Source of the DNA: an uncultured bacterium
GTDB lineage: Bacteria; Patescibacteriota; Patescibacteriia; Magasanikbacterales; UBA922
Assembly: GCA_937861125.1 (NCBI GenBank)
Contig: CALMAY010000038.1
Coordinates: 27,942 to 91,941, forward strand
Length of the DNA stretch: 64,000 bases
Direction of reading: 5' to 3'
A program made the translations under genes and the position numbers. Every line of letters begins with the position of its first letter. Within the stretch, counting starts at the first letter, position 1. Shown here piece by piece: positions 46,365-56,260 of the stretch. The notes below the pieces were generated by a model. The model was given only the letters and a program-made list of their open reading frames with translations, had not been told where the DNA came from and made no database searches.

Positions 46365-47057
46365 ATGACTATATCAGAACGACAACAACATATTTTACGC
46401 CTCGTGATTGAGGAGTTTATTGCTACTGCTGAGCCGGTTGGGTCTCAGTCTTTGACTGACAATAAAGACCTCGATGTTTCAGCTGCGACGATTCGCAATG
46501 AGCTTCGTGATCTCGAGGATCTAGGCTTTTTGACTCATCCACACACGAGTGCTGGACGTATGCCGACAGAGCAGGGATATCGATACTATGTCGATACACT
46601 TATGAAGCCAAAGGCGCCGAGCAGTGGGGAAGTTGAGGCGATAGCGAGATGCGTGGCGCAGTGTAGCGATGTTGAGCAGGCACAAAAGCAGGTGGCACAG
46701 TATATCGCCACATCACTCCAAGACGCAGTGATTATCGTGCGAGGTCGTGAACGGCTGTACTATACTGGACTTTCGGCGCTCTTTACTCAGCGTGAGTTTC
46801 AAGACTACAGTTATACTATCTCGGTTTCACAGATATTTGATCATTTTGAACAAAACCTTGATCAGATGTATGACTGTATCACTAGTGTGGGTCCACAGAC
46901 CTGTATCGGGAGTCAAAACCCACTTGGGAGTACGACGAGTCTGGTGGGGACGCGGATGGGGGAGAATGATCTGTTTCTCATCTTTGGTCCACTCCGACTC
47001 GATTATGCGCGAGCGGTCGGAACTATTAACTATTTAACACAAGTGCTTTCTCAATAA
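46365..47057 (+). CDS. hrcA: Heat-inducible transcription repressor HrcA.
   Basis: N-terminal wHTH (SERQQHILRLVIEEFIATAEPVGSQSL...SAATIRNELRDLEDLGFLTHPHTSAGR). Start placed at the second ATG, because the first lies inside the -10/CIRCE. Confidence 0.85.
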   Translation: MTISERQQHILRLVIEEFIATAEPVGSQSLTDNKDLDVSAATIRNELRDLEDLGFLTHPHTSAGRMPTEQGYRYYVDTLMKPKAPSSGEVEAIARCVAQCSDVEQAQKQVAQYIATSLQDAVIIVRGRERLYYTGLSALFTQREFQDYSYTISVSQIFDHFEQNLDQMYDCITSVGPQTCIGSQNPLGSTTSLVGTRMGENDLFLIFGPLRLDYARAVGTINYLTQVLSQ

Positions 47058-47072
47058 TGTTTTTTATACAAT

Positions 47073-47609
47073 ATGTCTGATGAACAAACACAACAACCTC
47101 TTGATGAGCAGTTGGATCAAGATGGTGTACAGCAATCAGAGGTGCAAGAAGAAATAATGTCAAAACCAACAGAAGAAAATATTGACTACAAAGACAAGTG
47201 GCTCCGTGCGCAGGCGGACTATAGTAATCTGGTCAAAGAAACCAATGCACGTCGAGCTGAGTGGGTCGCATACAGTGAAGCACAGATTCTCGAAGAGTTT
47301 CTTCCTGTATATGATAATTTTTGCAAAGCCTTTGCGCATGAGATAAAAAACGGTGAAAAAGATTTTGAGAGTTGGAAAAAAGGAATTGAGTACATCATGC
47401 AGCAATTTTGGACAGTGCTCAAAAATCACAATATAGAGAAAATTGAGACAAGCGGAAAACAATTTGATCCAAATATGCACGAGGCAGTGGGTCAAGAGAG
47501 TGTAGAGGGGAAACAGGAAGGTGATATTATTCGTGAGGTTGATCCTGGATATAGTATGAGAGGAAAGGTGATCAAGGTGGCGAAGGTGATTACAAATACT
47601 ACACATTAA
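47073..47609 (+). CDS. grpE: Nucleotide exchange factor GrpE.
   Basis: GrpE long helix and C-terminal beta-domain (FDPNMHEAV...GYSMRGKVIKVAKV). Confidence 0.9.
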   Translation: MSDEQTQQPLDEQLDQDGVQQSEVQEEIMSKPTEENIDYKDKWLRAQADYSNLVKETNARRAEWVAYSEAQILEEFLPVYDNFCKAFAHEIKNGEKDFESWKKGIEYIMQQFWTVLKNHNIEKIETSGKQFDPNMHEAVGQESVEGKQEGDIIREVDPGYSMRGKVIKVAKVITNTTH

Positions 47610-47611
47610 TT

Positions 47612-48082
47612 ATGTTAACTTCTAATTATATGAATATGGCCGAAAGAGGAATTATACATGAGTTTCCCCGTTCTGAGTCTCAGTCTTTTGAGGATTTACA
47701 GTTGTCACTTATTATTGAGGCTACAGATAATGCCCGTGCAAACAATCCAGCATATTCGTATAAGGACAGTATTCGTCAATTGGTTGATGAAGGAAAAATT
47801 GTACGTGCTGATCTTGAAAGGCTTGCTGAAGAGATAGATAAAAAAATAAAAGACCACTCATATTTTGATGATTTATCTGGTGAACAGTTAGAAGCTGTAG
47901 AAGCTGTACGAGATTATCTTGATACTGCAGTATTTGGAACGGGTTCTCTTGGTAAAGAGTTAGATCGCGATGCAGATCCAGGAATAGAGATAATTGGTAG
48001 GCCTGCAGCTACACGTAATAATAGTGACACGGAGCTAGAAATAGATGAGGATCTCGGGCTTGGTGTCAAAGATGCTGCATAA
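47612..48082 (+). CDS. Hypothetical acidic protein embedded in the heat-shock operon.
   Basis: ORF tightly packed between grpE and hsp20; no family recognised. Confidence 0.45.
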   Translation: MLTSNYMNMAERGIIHEFPRSESQSFEDLQLSLIIEATDNARANNPAYSYKDSIRQLVDEGKIVRADLERLAEEIDKKIKDHSYFDDLSGEQLEAVEAVRDYLDTAVFGTGSLGKELDRDADPGIEIIGRPAATRNNSDTELEIDEDLGLGVKDAA

Positions 48083-48084
48083 AA

Positions 48085-48116
48085 TTTTTTAATCTCAATC
48101 TTAATCTTTTATTCAT
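48085..48116 (+). promoter_or_regulatory. Conserved AT-rich upstream motif, copy 2 (abutting the hsp20 start codon).
   Basis: TTTTTTAATCTCAATCTTAATCTTTTATTCAT. Same 18-nt core as 44729-44746. Confidence 0.45.
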
Positions 48117-48560
48117 ATGTCACTCATTCGTTTCTCCCCAATGTGGGACCCATTCTCAGAGATGGAAGAGGTGATGAATCGCCTCCCAGCAACAGTCGGT
48201 CAAAACAGCATGCAGGCATTTGTGCCAGCGGTCAATGTCTATGAGACCAAAGAGGCTGTGGTGGTTGAGTCAGCGCTCGCGGGGATTGACCCAAACAATG
48301 TCGAAGTCAGTGTTGAAAACGGACTCTTGAGTATCTCAGGAGATACAAAAAAAGAACACGAAGTAGAAGAAAAAAACTACTATCGTAAAGAAGTTCGTAG
48401 TGGTAGTTTCCGCCGTCAGATTCCACTTCCTACTGCAGTGGATGAAGAAAAAGTAGAAGCAGTGTTTGAAGATGGAATGCTCAAAATTACTTGTCCAAAA
48501 GTGTCTGTGGTTGAACCAAAAAAGATTAGTGTGAAGGTGGTGAAGAAAGAGAAGAAATAA
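48117..48560 (+). CDS. Small heat-shock protein, Hsp20/alpha-crystallin family.
   Basis: Alpha-crystallin domain (PAVNVYETKEAVVVESALAGIDPNNVEVSV...FRRQIPLP...LKIT). Confidence 0.9.
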   Translation: MSLIRFSPMWDPFSEMEEVMNRLPATVGQNSMQAFVPAVNVYETKEAVVVESALAGIDPNNVEVSVENGLLSISGDTKKEHEVEEKNYYRKEVRSGSFRRQIPLPTAVDEEKVEAVFEDGMLKITCPKVSVVEPKKISVKVVKKEKK

Positions 48561-48568
48561 AATAACGT

Positions 48569-49048
48569 ATGACTATTCGTCCATATCAAGAACAAGATAA
48601 ATCTAGAATTGTACAATTGTTTCAGGATTTTCAGACATATCTTGCTAATTTGGATCCGATGGGGTTAATTCAGGTGGATCCGCGGTATGGATCATTGAAA
48701 GTACAAGAGTTGATAACACAATTGAACGAAGAGAATATATTTCTTGTCGCTCAAGAAGATAGTATCGTAATAGGATGTGTTCTTGTTTCTATATATACGA
48801 CAAATGATATTGAAAAAATCGAATGGTCTGTAGAAAAGTATGGTGAAATAAAGGAGTTGTTTGTGGACGTGGAGTATCGTGCAAAAGGAGTTGGAAAAAA
48901 ACTCGTTGAGGCAGCGGAACAATATGTAAAAGAAAAAGGATGTGGTGCGATGTTTATCGAAGTATTCTTGCCAAATACATCAGCAAAACAGTTTTACGAA
49001 AAGCTTGGTTATGAAGATAGAAGTGTAGAAATGATGAAATTACTTTAA
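48569..49048 (+). CDS. GNAT-family N-acetyltransferase.
   Basis: Acetyl-CoA binding motif A (VDVEYRAKGVGKKLV). Confidence 0.8.
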   Translation: MTIRPYQEQDKSRIVQLFQDFQTYLANLDPMGLIQVDPRYGSLKVQELITQLNEENIFLVAQEDSIVIGCVLVSIYTTNDIEKIEWSVEKYGEIKELFVDVEYRAKGVGKKLVEAAEQYVKEKGCGAMFIEVFLPNTSAKQFYEKLGYEDRSVEMMKLL

Positions 49049-49082
49049 AAATTAGTATTTACTAATTACAAATTATTAATAT

Positions 49083-51017
49083 ATGCCAAAAGTATTAGGA
49101 ATTGACCTCGGAACAACAAACAGTTGTATGGCCATCATCGAGGGTGGTCAGCCAAAAGTCCTCGAAAACAAAGAAGGAGATCGTACAACACCAAGTATGA
49201 TTGCACAGAGTAAGACAGGTGAACGATTGGTCGGAAAACTCGCCAAACGTCAGGCAGTGACTAATCCAAAAAACACGCTTTACTCAGTCAAACGTCTCAT
49301 CGGTCGCCGTAGTGGTGACAAAGAGGTGACATACGTCAAGGAACATGCGCCATACGAAGTGGTCGCAGACGGTGATCGCGTCAAAGTCAAACTCGGTGAT
49401 GAGGCCAAGACTGCACCAGAAATTTCAGCCATGGTGTTGCAGAAACTCAAAGCTGATGCAGAAGAACGTTTGGGTGAAAAAATTACTCAGGCTGTTATTA
49501 CTGTGCCAGCGTACTTTGACGACTCACAGCGTCAGGCAACCAAAGATGCAGGTGCAATTGCAGGGCTCGAAGTGCTTCGTATTATCAACGAGCCAACTGC
49601 TGCAGCCTTTGCTTACGGATTTGACAAAACTGGTGAGCAAAAGATTTTGGTCTATGATCTAGGTGGTGGTACATTTGATGTCTCAGTGCTTGAAATCTCA
49701 CATGACAAAGAAACGAACCAATCAACGGTAGAAGTACTCGCCACAAATGGTGATACACACCTCGGAGGAGATGACTTTGATAAAGTCTTGATTCAATATA
49801 TCCTCGATACATTCAAAAAAGATGAAGGAGTAGATCTCAGTAAAGACCCACTCTCACTTCAGCGCATCAAAGAAGCTGCTGAGAAGGCAAAAATTGAGCT
49901 CTCAACAGCACAGGAAACTGAAATCAACGAACCATTTATCACATCAACTGCGGACGGTCCAAAACATCTCAACATCAAACTCTCTCGTGCAAAACTCGAA
50001 GAGTTGGTGATGGATTTGGTGGACAAGACGATGGTGCCAGTGAAAAAAGCACTTGAGGACTCAGGAGTAGACAAGGGTGCGATTAACGAAATCGTGATGG
50101 TCGGTGGTATGACTCGCATGCCACTCGTGCTCAAAAAAGTAGAAGAGTTCTTTGGTAAAAAACCAAACGTCAGTGTGAACCCAGATGAGGTGGTGGCAAT
50201 TGGTGCTGCAATTCAGGCTGGACAGCTCCAGGGTGATCTTGGTAAAGAAATTCTCTTGCTTGATGTCACACCACTTTCATTTGGTATTGAAACTATGGGT
50301 GGAGTATGTACCAAGATTATCGAGCGAAATACCACAATCCCAACAAGTAAATCACAAGTGTTTAGTACAGCAGCAGACAATCAGCCAAGTGTCGAGATCA
50401 AGGTGCTCCAGGGTGAGCGTCAGATGGCTGCGGACAACAAGATGCTTGGGGTATTTCACCTCGATGGTATCCCTATGGCGCCACGTGGCGTGCCACAGAT
50501 TGAAGTGACCTTTGATATCGATGCCAACGGTATTCTCAATGTAAAAGCAAAGGATAAAGGCACAAACAAAGAACAATCAATCCGTATCGAAGCATCATCA
50601 GGTCTCAGTAAAGAAGAGATTGAGCGTATGAAAAAAGATGCAGAGATGCATGCAGATGAGGACAAGAAAAAAGGTGAGCTGGTAGAAGCACGAAATATCG
50701 CTGACACGATGATCTATACATCTGAAAAAATGATGAAAGATATCGCTGAGAAAAACATTGCTATTACTGATGATGAGAAAAAAGCGGTCGAGGATGCTAT
50801 CACAAAGCTCAAAGAAGTGAAAGATAAAGATGATCTCGAAGCGATCAAGGCTGCGAGTGAGGTGCTCAGTAAAGCTGGCCAAGCAGTCGGACAAAAAATG
50901 TACGCTGCGGAGCAGGGAGCAAAGGGCGGTGATCAGGGTTCAGGAAATCAACCAAACGGTGACTCAAAAAATGAAGGTCCTGTTGAAGGGGAAGTGGTGG
51001 ATGATAAAAAAGAATAA
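49083..51017 (+). CDS. dnaK: Molecular chaperone DnaK (Hsp70).
   Basis: [21 protein letters not shown] and the rest of the Hsp70 signature set. Confidence 0.97.
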   Translation: MPKVLGIDLGTTNSCMAIIEGGQPKVLENKEGDRTTPSMIAQSKTGERLVGKLAKRQAVTNPKNTLYSVKRLIGRRSGDKEVTYVKEHAPYEVVADGDRVKVKLGDEAKTAPEISAMVLQKLKADAEERLGEKITQAVITVPAYFDDSQRQATKDAGAIAGLEVLRIINEPTAAAFAYGFDKTGEQKILVYDLGGGTFDVSVLEISHDKETNQSTVEVLATNGDTHLGGDDFDKVLIQYILDTFKKDEGVDLSKDPLSLQRIKEAAEKAKIELSTAQETEINEPFITSTADGPKHLNIKLSRAKLEELVMDLVDKTMVPVKKALEDSGVDKGAINEIVMVGGMTRMPLVLKKVEEFFGKKPNVSVNPDEVVAIGAAIQAGQLQGDLGKEILLLDVTPLSFGIETMGGVCTKIIERNTTIPTSKSQVFSTAADNQPSVEIKVLQGERQMAADNKMLGVFHLDGIPMAPRGVPQIEVTFDIDANGILNVKAKDKGTNKEQSIRIEASSGLSKEEIERMKKDAEMHADEDKKKGELVEARNIADTMIYTSEKMMKDIAEKNIAITDDEKKAVEDAITKLKEVKDKDDLEAIKAASEVLSKAGQAVGQKMYAAEQGAKGGDQGSGNQPNGDSKNEGPVEGEVVDDKKE

Positions 51018-51101
51018 TAGTTTTCTCTACTTCAGCCTGTCTAAAGGAAACTTTGGACAGGTGATTGTGAAGAGAATTAATTCTTGGTATACTAGTGTTA
51101 T

Positions 51102-51293
51102 ATGCGTGAACATTTTCATCTCTACAAACGAAATCATCGCCGTACTATTCTTGCTACTGGGATGTTTTTCTTATATTTCTTAACAATTGGTGTTGCTGGG
51201 TGGCTCGGTATGGACCCAAATGGGATTTGGATTATTGGCGGGTTGTTTGTGATTGTAACGTTGGTGATGGAGGCAATGTTTGAACACTATTAA
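51102..51293 (+). CDS. Possible small membrane protein between dnaK and dnaJ (low confidence).
   Basis: 63-aa ORF with two hydrophobic helices. Confidence 0.3.
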   Translation: MREHFHLYKRNHRRTILATGMFFLYFLTIGVAGWLGMDPNGIWIIGGLFVIVTLVMEAMFEHY

Positions 51294-51319
51294 TAGGTGC
51301 GGCGTTGTATTGATTCTTT

Positions 51320-52411
51320 ATGTCTAAAGACTATTACAAAATTCTTGGTGTTGAAAAAAATGCTTCAGCAGATGAGATAAAGAAATCCTTTCGTAAGCTC
51401 GCACATCAATATCATCCAGATAAACAAGGTGGTGATGAGACAAAATTCAAGGAGATCAACGAAGCATACCAAGTATTGAGCGATACAGACAAGCGTCAAA
51501 AATACGATCAGTTTGGCTCTGATTTTGAACAGCAGGGCGGTTTTGGTGGTGGTGCTGGGTGGGATGATTTTATGCGTGCGGCTCGCGGTGGCGGCGGATC
51601 TGGATTTAATTTTAACTTCGGTGGGGACATAGGGGATATTTTTGGTGATTTTTTTGGTGGTGGATCTCGTGGTGGCCGTCAAAAGCGTGGAAACGACATA
51701 CAAGTTGATGTAGAACTTTCATTTTCTGAGGCGGCATTTGGTATTGAGCGTGAGATACAGTTGACCAAAAATAATGCTTGTGATGTTTGTGAAGGAAGTG
51801 GAGCTGAACCCGGAGCAGGATTTGAGAATTGTGCTACGTGTGGTGGCCGAGGACAGACAGTACAGGTACAGCGAACTATTTTGGGTGCGATGCAGGTGGC
51901 TGTACAGTGTACTGATTGTCAGGGACAAGGAAAGCGACCAAAAAAGAAATGTAAGCATTGTGGTGGCGATGGAGTAGTACGCAGTGATACAAAACTTACT
52001 GTCAAAATTCCTGGTGGTATCGATGATGGTCAATCTATTCGTCTCTCTGGAAAAGGGGAGAGTATTGGTGCAAATGGGCAGGCTGGAGATCTCTATATCG
52101 TGGTGCATGTGAAATCGGACAAGCGATTTGAGCGTGATGGATTTGACGTCTATACCGAAACTCGGATACCATACCCACTGGCAGTGCTCGGTGGTGAGAC
52201 AGATGTGGAGACGCTCGATGGTACAAAGACGATCAAGATTCCAGAGGGAACACAGTCACACACACAGATTCGTCTGAGAGGCTATGGCACCAAGACGGTC
52301 AATCGTGAAGACCGAGGAGATCTGTTTGTCAAAGTGATTGTGGATGTGCCAAAAAAAATAAGTAAACAAGCAAAAAAATTACTTGATGAATTACGTCAGG
52401 AATTATCTTAA
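51320..52411 (+). CDS. dnaJ: Molecular chaperone DnaJ.
   Basis: J-domain with HPD (HQYHPDK), G/F region, four CxxCxGxG zinc-finger repeats. Confidence 0.95.
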   Translation: MSKDYYKILGVEKNASADEIKKSFRKLAHQYHPDKQGGDETKFKEINEAYQVLSDTDKRQKYDQFGSDFEQQGGFGGGAGWDDFMRAARGGGGSGFNFNFGGDIGDIFGDFFGGGSRGGRQKRGNDIQVDVELSFSEAAFGIEREIQLTKNNACDVCEGSGAEPGAGFENCATCGGRGQTVQVQRTILGAMQVAVQCTDCQGQGKRPKKKCKHCGGDGVVRSDTKLTVKIPGGIDDGQSIRLSGKGESIGANGQAGDLYIVVHVKSDKRFERDGFDVYTETRIPYPLAVLGGETDVETLDGTKTIKIPEGTQSHTQIRLRGYGTKTVNREDRGDLFVKVIVDVPKKISKQAKKLLDELRQELS

Positions 52412-52417
52412 AACACT

Positions 52418-52918
52418 ATGTGGTTTCCGCTTCCAGTAGGAAATACGACTATTCTCGTTGGGTTTGCGGTGTTATTGTTCCTTCATTTTTTGTTTGTCAG
52501 TAAATCGCGGTTGTTTATCGATATGGTGGCGGTATACGCAGCACTGTTGTTACTCTGGGTGTTGCCGTTGTTTGTTTCGTCTATTGCTACACTCTTTAGT
52601 ACACAACCATTCGCTCGTATTTTTTCCTTTTTTGCGATAGTCGCACTACTTCATATTGTGCTTTGGCATAGTAATTTGCGTGAGCCATCCACGCTTATTC
52701 GTCCATTTATGTTTGCGACGTCAGTGGTGTATCGGGTGAGTGTCGTTGGGCTGTTTGTTACCACTCTTGTCTATCTTTTGCCCGAAGCGTTTCGTGGAGT
52801 GATTTCTGGTTGGGTGGGGTTCATGTTCGCAAGTTATGCTGGCTTACTCATCTGGTTGTTACTGCCAGCGCTTCTAGCCTTTACCTATCGATTTCACGCC
52901 AAAAATGGCTGGTTCTAG
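52418..52918 (+). CDS. Hypothetical integral membrane protein (4-5 TM).
   Basis: Hydrophobic ORF only. Confidence 0.45.
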   Translation: MWFPLPVGNTTILVGFAVLLFLHFLFVSKSRLFIDMVAVYAALLLLWVLPLFVSSIATLFSTQPFARIFSFFAIVALLHIVLWHSNLREPSTLIRPFMFATSVVYRVSVVGLFVTTLVYLLPEAFRGVISGWVGFMFASYAGLLIWLLLPALLAFTYRFHAKNGWF

Positions 52919-52939
52919 TCCTCTCTTCAAGTATTATCT

Positions 52940-52968
52940 CAACACCCTGTAACAAACAGGGTGTTTTG
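52940..52968 (+). terminator. Hairpin terminator before the ECF sigma gene.
   Basis: AACACCCTGT-aacaa-ACAGGGTGTT TTT. Confidence 0.6.
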
Positions 52969-53020
52969 ACGTATAATACAGCATAAGACACTCAATGCAT
53001 TGCACTTCTTATCCCTACAT

Positions 53021-53569
53021 ATGATTCACACAAATACAGTACCGGCCCAAGACGCTTTGTTTCTCTCTTGGTATGACAGCTATGCGGCTGACATCTATCG
53101 GTACGTTATCCTTCGTATTGGCGTCAAAGAGGTGGCGGAGGACATTGTTAGCGAGATCTTTCTCTCAGCCTGGAAACATCGAGCACGGTACAATTCAGGC
53201 AAGGCAAGTGCGAAAACTTGGTTATTTACTATTGCCAAGAATGCGCTGATTGATCACTATCGCAAAACGAAACCACAGTCAGAGCTGTTTGAAAACATCA
53301 AAGACGGTACTGATTTGATGGAGACGATACACTGGAATCTGCTCTCAGATGAGATACAAGTAGCATTACAAAAATTAACTAAAGAACAACGTGAGATAGT
53401 AGAACTACGTGTGTGGCATGGATTTTCTCACGCAGAGATTGCTCAGCTTGTATCCAAAGATGAACGAGCGGTACGTGTGATGTTTCATCGATCTCTACAG
53501 TCGCTCAAAAAACATATTTCCCCACAGTCATATTTATCATTTCTCTTTTTCCCATTTTTATTTTCTTAA
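53021..53569 (+). CDS. ECF-subfamily RNA polymerase sigma factor (sigma-70 regions 2 and 4).
   Basis: Region 2 (YRYVILRIG...AEDIVSEIFLSAWKH...WLFTIAKNALIDHYRK) and region 4 HTH (REIVELRVWHGFSHAEIAQLV...VRVMFHRSLQSLKK). Confidence 0.8.
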   Translation: MIHTNTVPAQDALFLSWYDSYAADIYRYVILRIGVKEVAEDIVSEIFLSAWKHRARYNSGKASAKTWLFTIAKNALIDHYRKTKPQSELFENIKDGTDLMETIHWNLLSDEIQVALQKLTKEQREIVELRVWHGFSHAEIAQLVSKDERAVRVMFHRSLQSLKKHISPQSYLSFLFFPFLFS

Positions 53570-53570
53570 T

Positions 53571-55127
53571 ATGAACAAACTTGATATTCAAAATATTGTC
53601 GAGGATATCCTTCGACTGGACCCGACACTCGTGTCCAAAAAAGCAGAACTAGAAAAACTTATTACTGCAATGCTTGCGCAAAAACCAAATATTACTGTAG
53701 ATGATGCATTCCTCTCACGTCTGCGCAGTCGTCTGGTGGATCAGATCGAAGAATCTCAGTCAAAATCATTTTCATTTGGTCAATTATTTGTCTCACATAA
53801 ACTGGTATTTGCTGGAGCACTTGGGTGTTTGACTGTGGGGATTGTGTCGGCGTCATTATTGTACTCGCCAACACAACATATAAGAATTGCGTCAGTGAAT
53901 GGATTTGGATCGTTGGTAACATCTCCTGCTACAGGAGAAACAGTCACAGCATTATCTGCTAGTGCGCCCACCTCTTTTTCTGCGAGTGACACGAGTGTTG
54001 GGATGGTGGCGCCAGCAGTATCTCGAGCACAATCAGGTGGGGGAGCGGATAATGCCTCAAAAATGATGATATATCCACCAATTGATGGTGAATATGGTCA
54101 GTATTCCTTTGTGTTGCGCGGTGACGTTGCTGTTCCGCCAGAACAAATGGATGTCTATGGGTATCTGCTATCAAATGAGGTAAATCGTATTGTTGATAAG
54201 GCAATGTCAGGATTGTGGGGTGTTGTGTTTACTGAGCGGAGTGTTGATGTGCGAGGACAGAGTTTGGGTGGAACTATCTCAGTTGATTCCGGTTCATATA
54301 TAGTGTCTGTGGATGCACAACGGGGTGTTTTGTATCTTTCACGATTTGAACCGTACACACCTACCGACATTCAATGTTTTCGTGCGCCTTGTGGTGTATA
54401 CCAACCACTTGAAAAGAAAGATATACCAGCAGACGATACTATCATCGGTTGGGCACAATCTTTTGTTGATGAGTTAGGTATTGATGTGTCATCTTTTGGA
54501 GAACCAAAACTTATTCCTCCAGTAATGTATATGATTATGAATGAATCTGGTACATCTGTAGAATCATTTGGAGAGATGGTTGATGTTATATATCCGCTTG
54601 TATTGGATGACATTATGACAGTAGATTCTTCTGGTGTTTCAAATGTTGGCTTGCGTATTTCTATTAATCTTCGTACACAACAGGTACAAAGTATTTCTGA
54701 ATTACCATTAGGTGACCTCGGTTCTTCTACATATACTCTTGTTACTGATGTTGAACGTATTACACAGGTAGCAGAATTGGGTGGGCAGTATGGTATGTGG
54801 GGTATTAAAACAAAAGAGGCAATTGGATTGGGTGCACCAACACTTGTATATACCTCAATTTGGAAACAAGATAAAAATATACCTGAAGGACGTTCATTGT
54901 TGGTACCAGCGTATCGTTTTGATATTGTATACCCAGATGAAATTCGTGATACGCAATTTATGCAGCAGGCGATTGTTATTCCGTTAGAAAAAGAACTGTT
55001 TGAGCAAGCGGAACGTGATGCGCTCAGTCGTCACAATCAAGGTGAGTATCCGGTCCCGATGCCATTTATCAAGACAATGGAAGCTGGGAGTACTGGTGCT
55101 GAAATACTCGTCGATCCTGCTCAATAA
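53571..55127 (+). CDS. Putative anti-sigma factor: short cytoplasmic N-domain, one transmembrane helix, about 430-aa extracytoplasmic domain.
   Basis: Start is 2 nt after the ECF sigma stop. Single TM at about residues 75-97. Topology is typical of ECF anti-sigma factors; no sequence-level confirmation. Confidence 0.45.
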   Translation: MNKLDIQNIVEDILRLDPTLVSKKAELEKLITAMLAQKPNITVDDAFLSRLRSRLVDQIEESQSKSFSFGQLFVSHKLVFAGALGCLTVGIVSASLLYSPTQHIRIASVNGFGSLVTSPATGETVTALSASAPTSFSASDTSVGMVAPAVSRAQSGGGADNASKMMIYPPIDGEYGQYSFVLRGDVAVPPEQMDVYGYLLSNEVNRIVDKAMSGLWGVVFTERSVDVRGQSLGGTISVDSGSYIVSVDAQRGVLYLSRFEPYTPTDIQCFRAPCGVYQPLEKKDIPADDTIIGWAQSFVDELGIDVSSFGEPKLIPPVMYMIMNESGTSVESFGEMVDVIYPLVLDDIMTVDSSGVSNVGLRISINLRTQQVQSISELPLGDLGSSTYTLVTDVERITQVAELGGQYGMWGIKTKEAIGLGAPTLVYTSIWKQDKNIPEGRSLLVPAYRFDIVYPDEIRDTQFMQQAIVIPLEKELFEQAERDALSRHNQGEYPVPMPFIKTMEAGSTGAEILVDPAQ

Positions 55128-55146
55128 CCTACACCATGTCGTGGAT

Positions 55147-55177
55147 AAAAAACCCGCTTATGTAAGCGGGTTTTTTG
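55147..55177. terminator. Bidirectional terminator between the anti-sigma gene and the convergent operon.
   Basis: AAAAAACCCGCTT-atgt-AAGCGGGTTTTTT. Confidence 0.8.
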
Positions 55178-55853
55178 TATTTTGATGTTCTTGTATTTGT
55201 TTGTGTTCCATGTCCATTTGCCAGAGTTCTTTGCTGGTTTTGGATATGACAATGAGTATGCCGATAAGTGAAAAAACAAGGAGATAAGGGAGACTAAATG
55301 CGAGATGTGTTTTGCCAAAGAAAATAAGAAGTGTATTGATCATGATAAATAGCAGGCGAATCTCTGTCGGACCAATACCGAGATAGGTAATTTGAAATCT
55401 ATTTGTGGCAGCAAAACTTAAATAAGAGTTGATCATAAAGCCACTAAAAATAGCGAGGACAAATAACATAAGGATGTTAAACGATGGTGGGAGGATGAGT
55501 GTGTATCCAATGATGATTGCACAGAGAAAAAAGTAATCAAGGAGATGATCCATGTAGTATCCCCACTTGACCAGTCCAGTGTTGCGAGATCTTCCTACTG
55601 CTCCGTCAAGTGAGTCAGTGAGCCACTGTAAAAAGATACAAAAAGAAACGAGCCAGAGCCAGTTGATATTGGTATTAGCAAAATAACTTGCAACGATAAT
55701 GCCGAGTGACCAGACGATAGTGGAGTAGGTGAGTTGAGACGTGCTGATCCAGAGTGGTACTTTTGGTACCGCAAAACGGATGAATGCTTGTTCTGGTTTG
55801 TGGAGTATAGATGTACCAAATTTTTTGTCTCCAGCGAACGGTTGTGTGGACAT
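55158..55853 (-). CDS. CDP-alcohol phosphatidyltransferase family protein.
   Basis: DSLDGAVGRSRNTGLVKWGYYMDHLLD fits D-G-x2-A-R-x8-G-x3-G-x3-D-x3-D; multiple transmembrane helices. Confidence 0.7.
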   Translation of the reverse strand: MSTQPFAGDKKFGTSILHKPEQAFIRFAVPKVPLWISTSQLTYSTIVWSLGIIVASYFANTNINWLWLVSFCIFLQWLTDSLDGAVGRSRNTGLVKWGYYMDHLLDYFFLCAIIIGYTLILPPSFNILMLFVLAIFSGFMINSYLSFAATNRFQITYLGIGPTEIRLLFIMINTLLIFFGKTHLAFSLPYLLVFSLIGILIVISKTSKELWQMDMEHKQIQEHQNTKNPLT

Positions 55854-55854
55854 A

Positions 55855-56259
55855 CTATTGTTGATCAAGAACTTTATTTACCTCAGCATCGGCTTCTTTG
55901 TTGAGCTCACGAGGGATATGTTGGAGAGAGTAGCTTTTGGGGAATGTTTGGAGGAGTTTGTATACCTCTAGTACGAGTGGTTGGAGGCTTGGTTCTTTTA
56001 CCTTCCATCGACCCGATACTTGTTCAATGACGAGTTTACTATCTGCTTTACAGATGATTTTTTCTGCGCCCAACTCTTTGGCTTTTTTGAGTCCTGAGAT
56101 GAGCGCACTATATTCAGCAAAGTTGTTGGTTTGTTCGCCGAGATATTCGCCATAGTTCGCGATTGTTTCATTCGTTTCGTTTTTAATAACAATGCCGGTG
56201 GCGGCTGGACCTGGGTTACCACGGGCACCGCCGTCGGTGTAGAGGGTAAATGTGGACAT
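55855..56259 (-). CDS. rnhA: Ribonuclease HI.
   Basis: YTDGGARGNPGPA...NNFAEY catalytic core. Confidence 0.85.
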   Translation of the reverse strand: MSTFTLYTDGGARGNPGPAATGIVIKNETNETIANYGEYLGEQTNNFAEYSALISGLKKAKELGAEKIICKADSKLVIEQVSGRWKVKEPSLQPLVLEVYKLLQTFPKSYSLQHIPRELNKEADAEVNKVLDQQ

Positions 56260-56260
56260 A

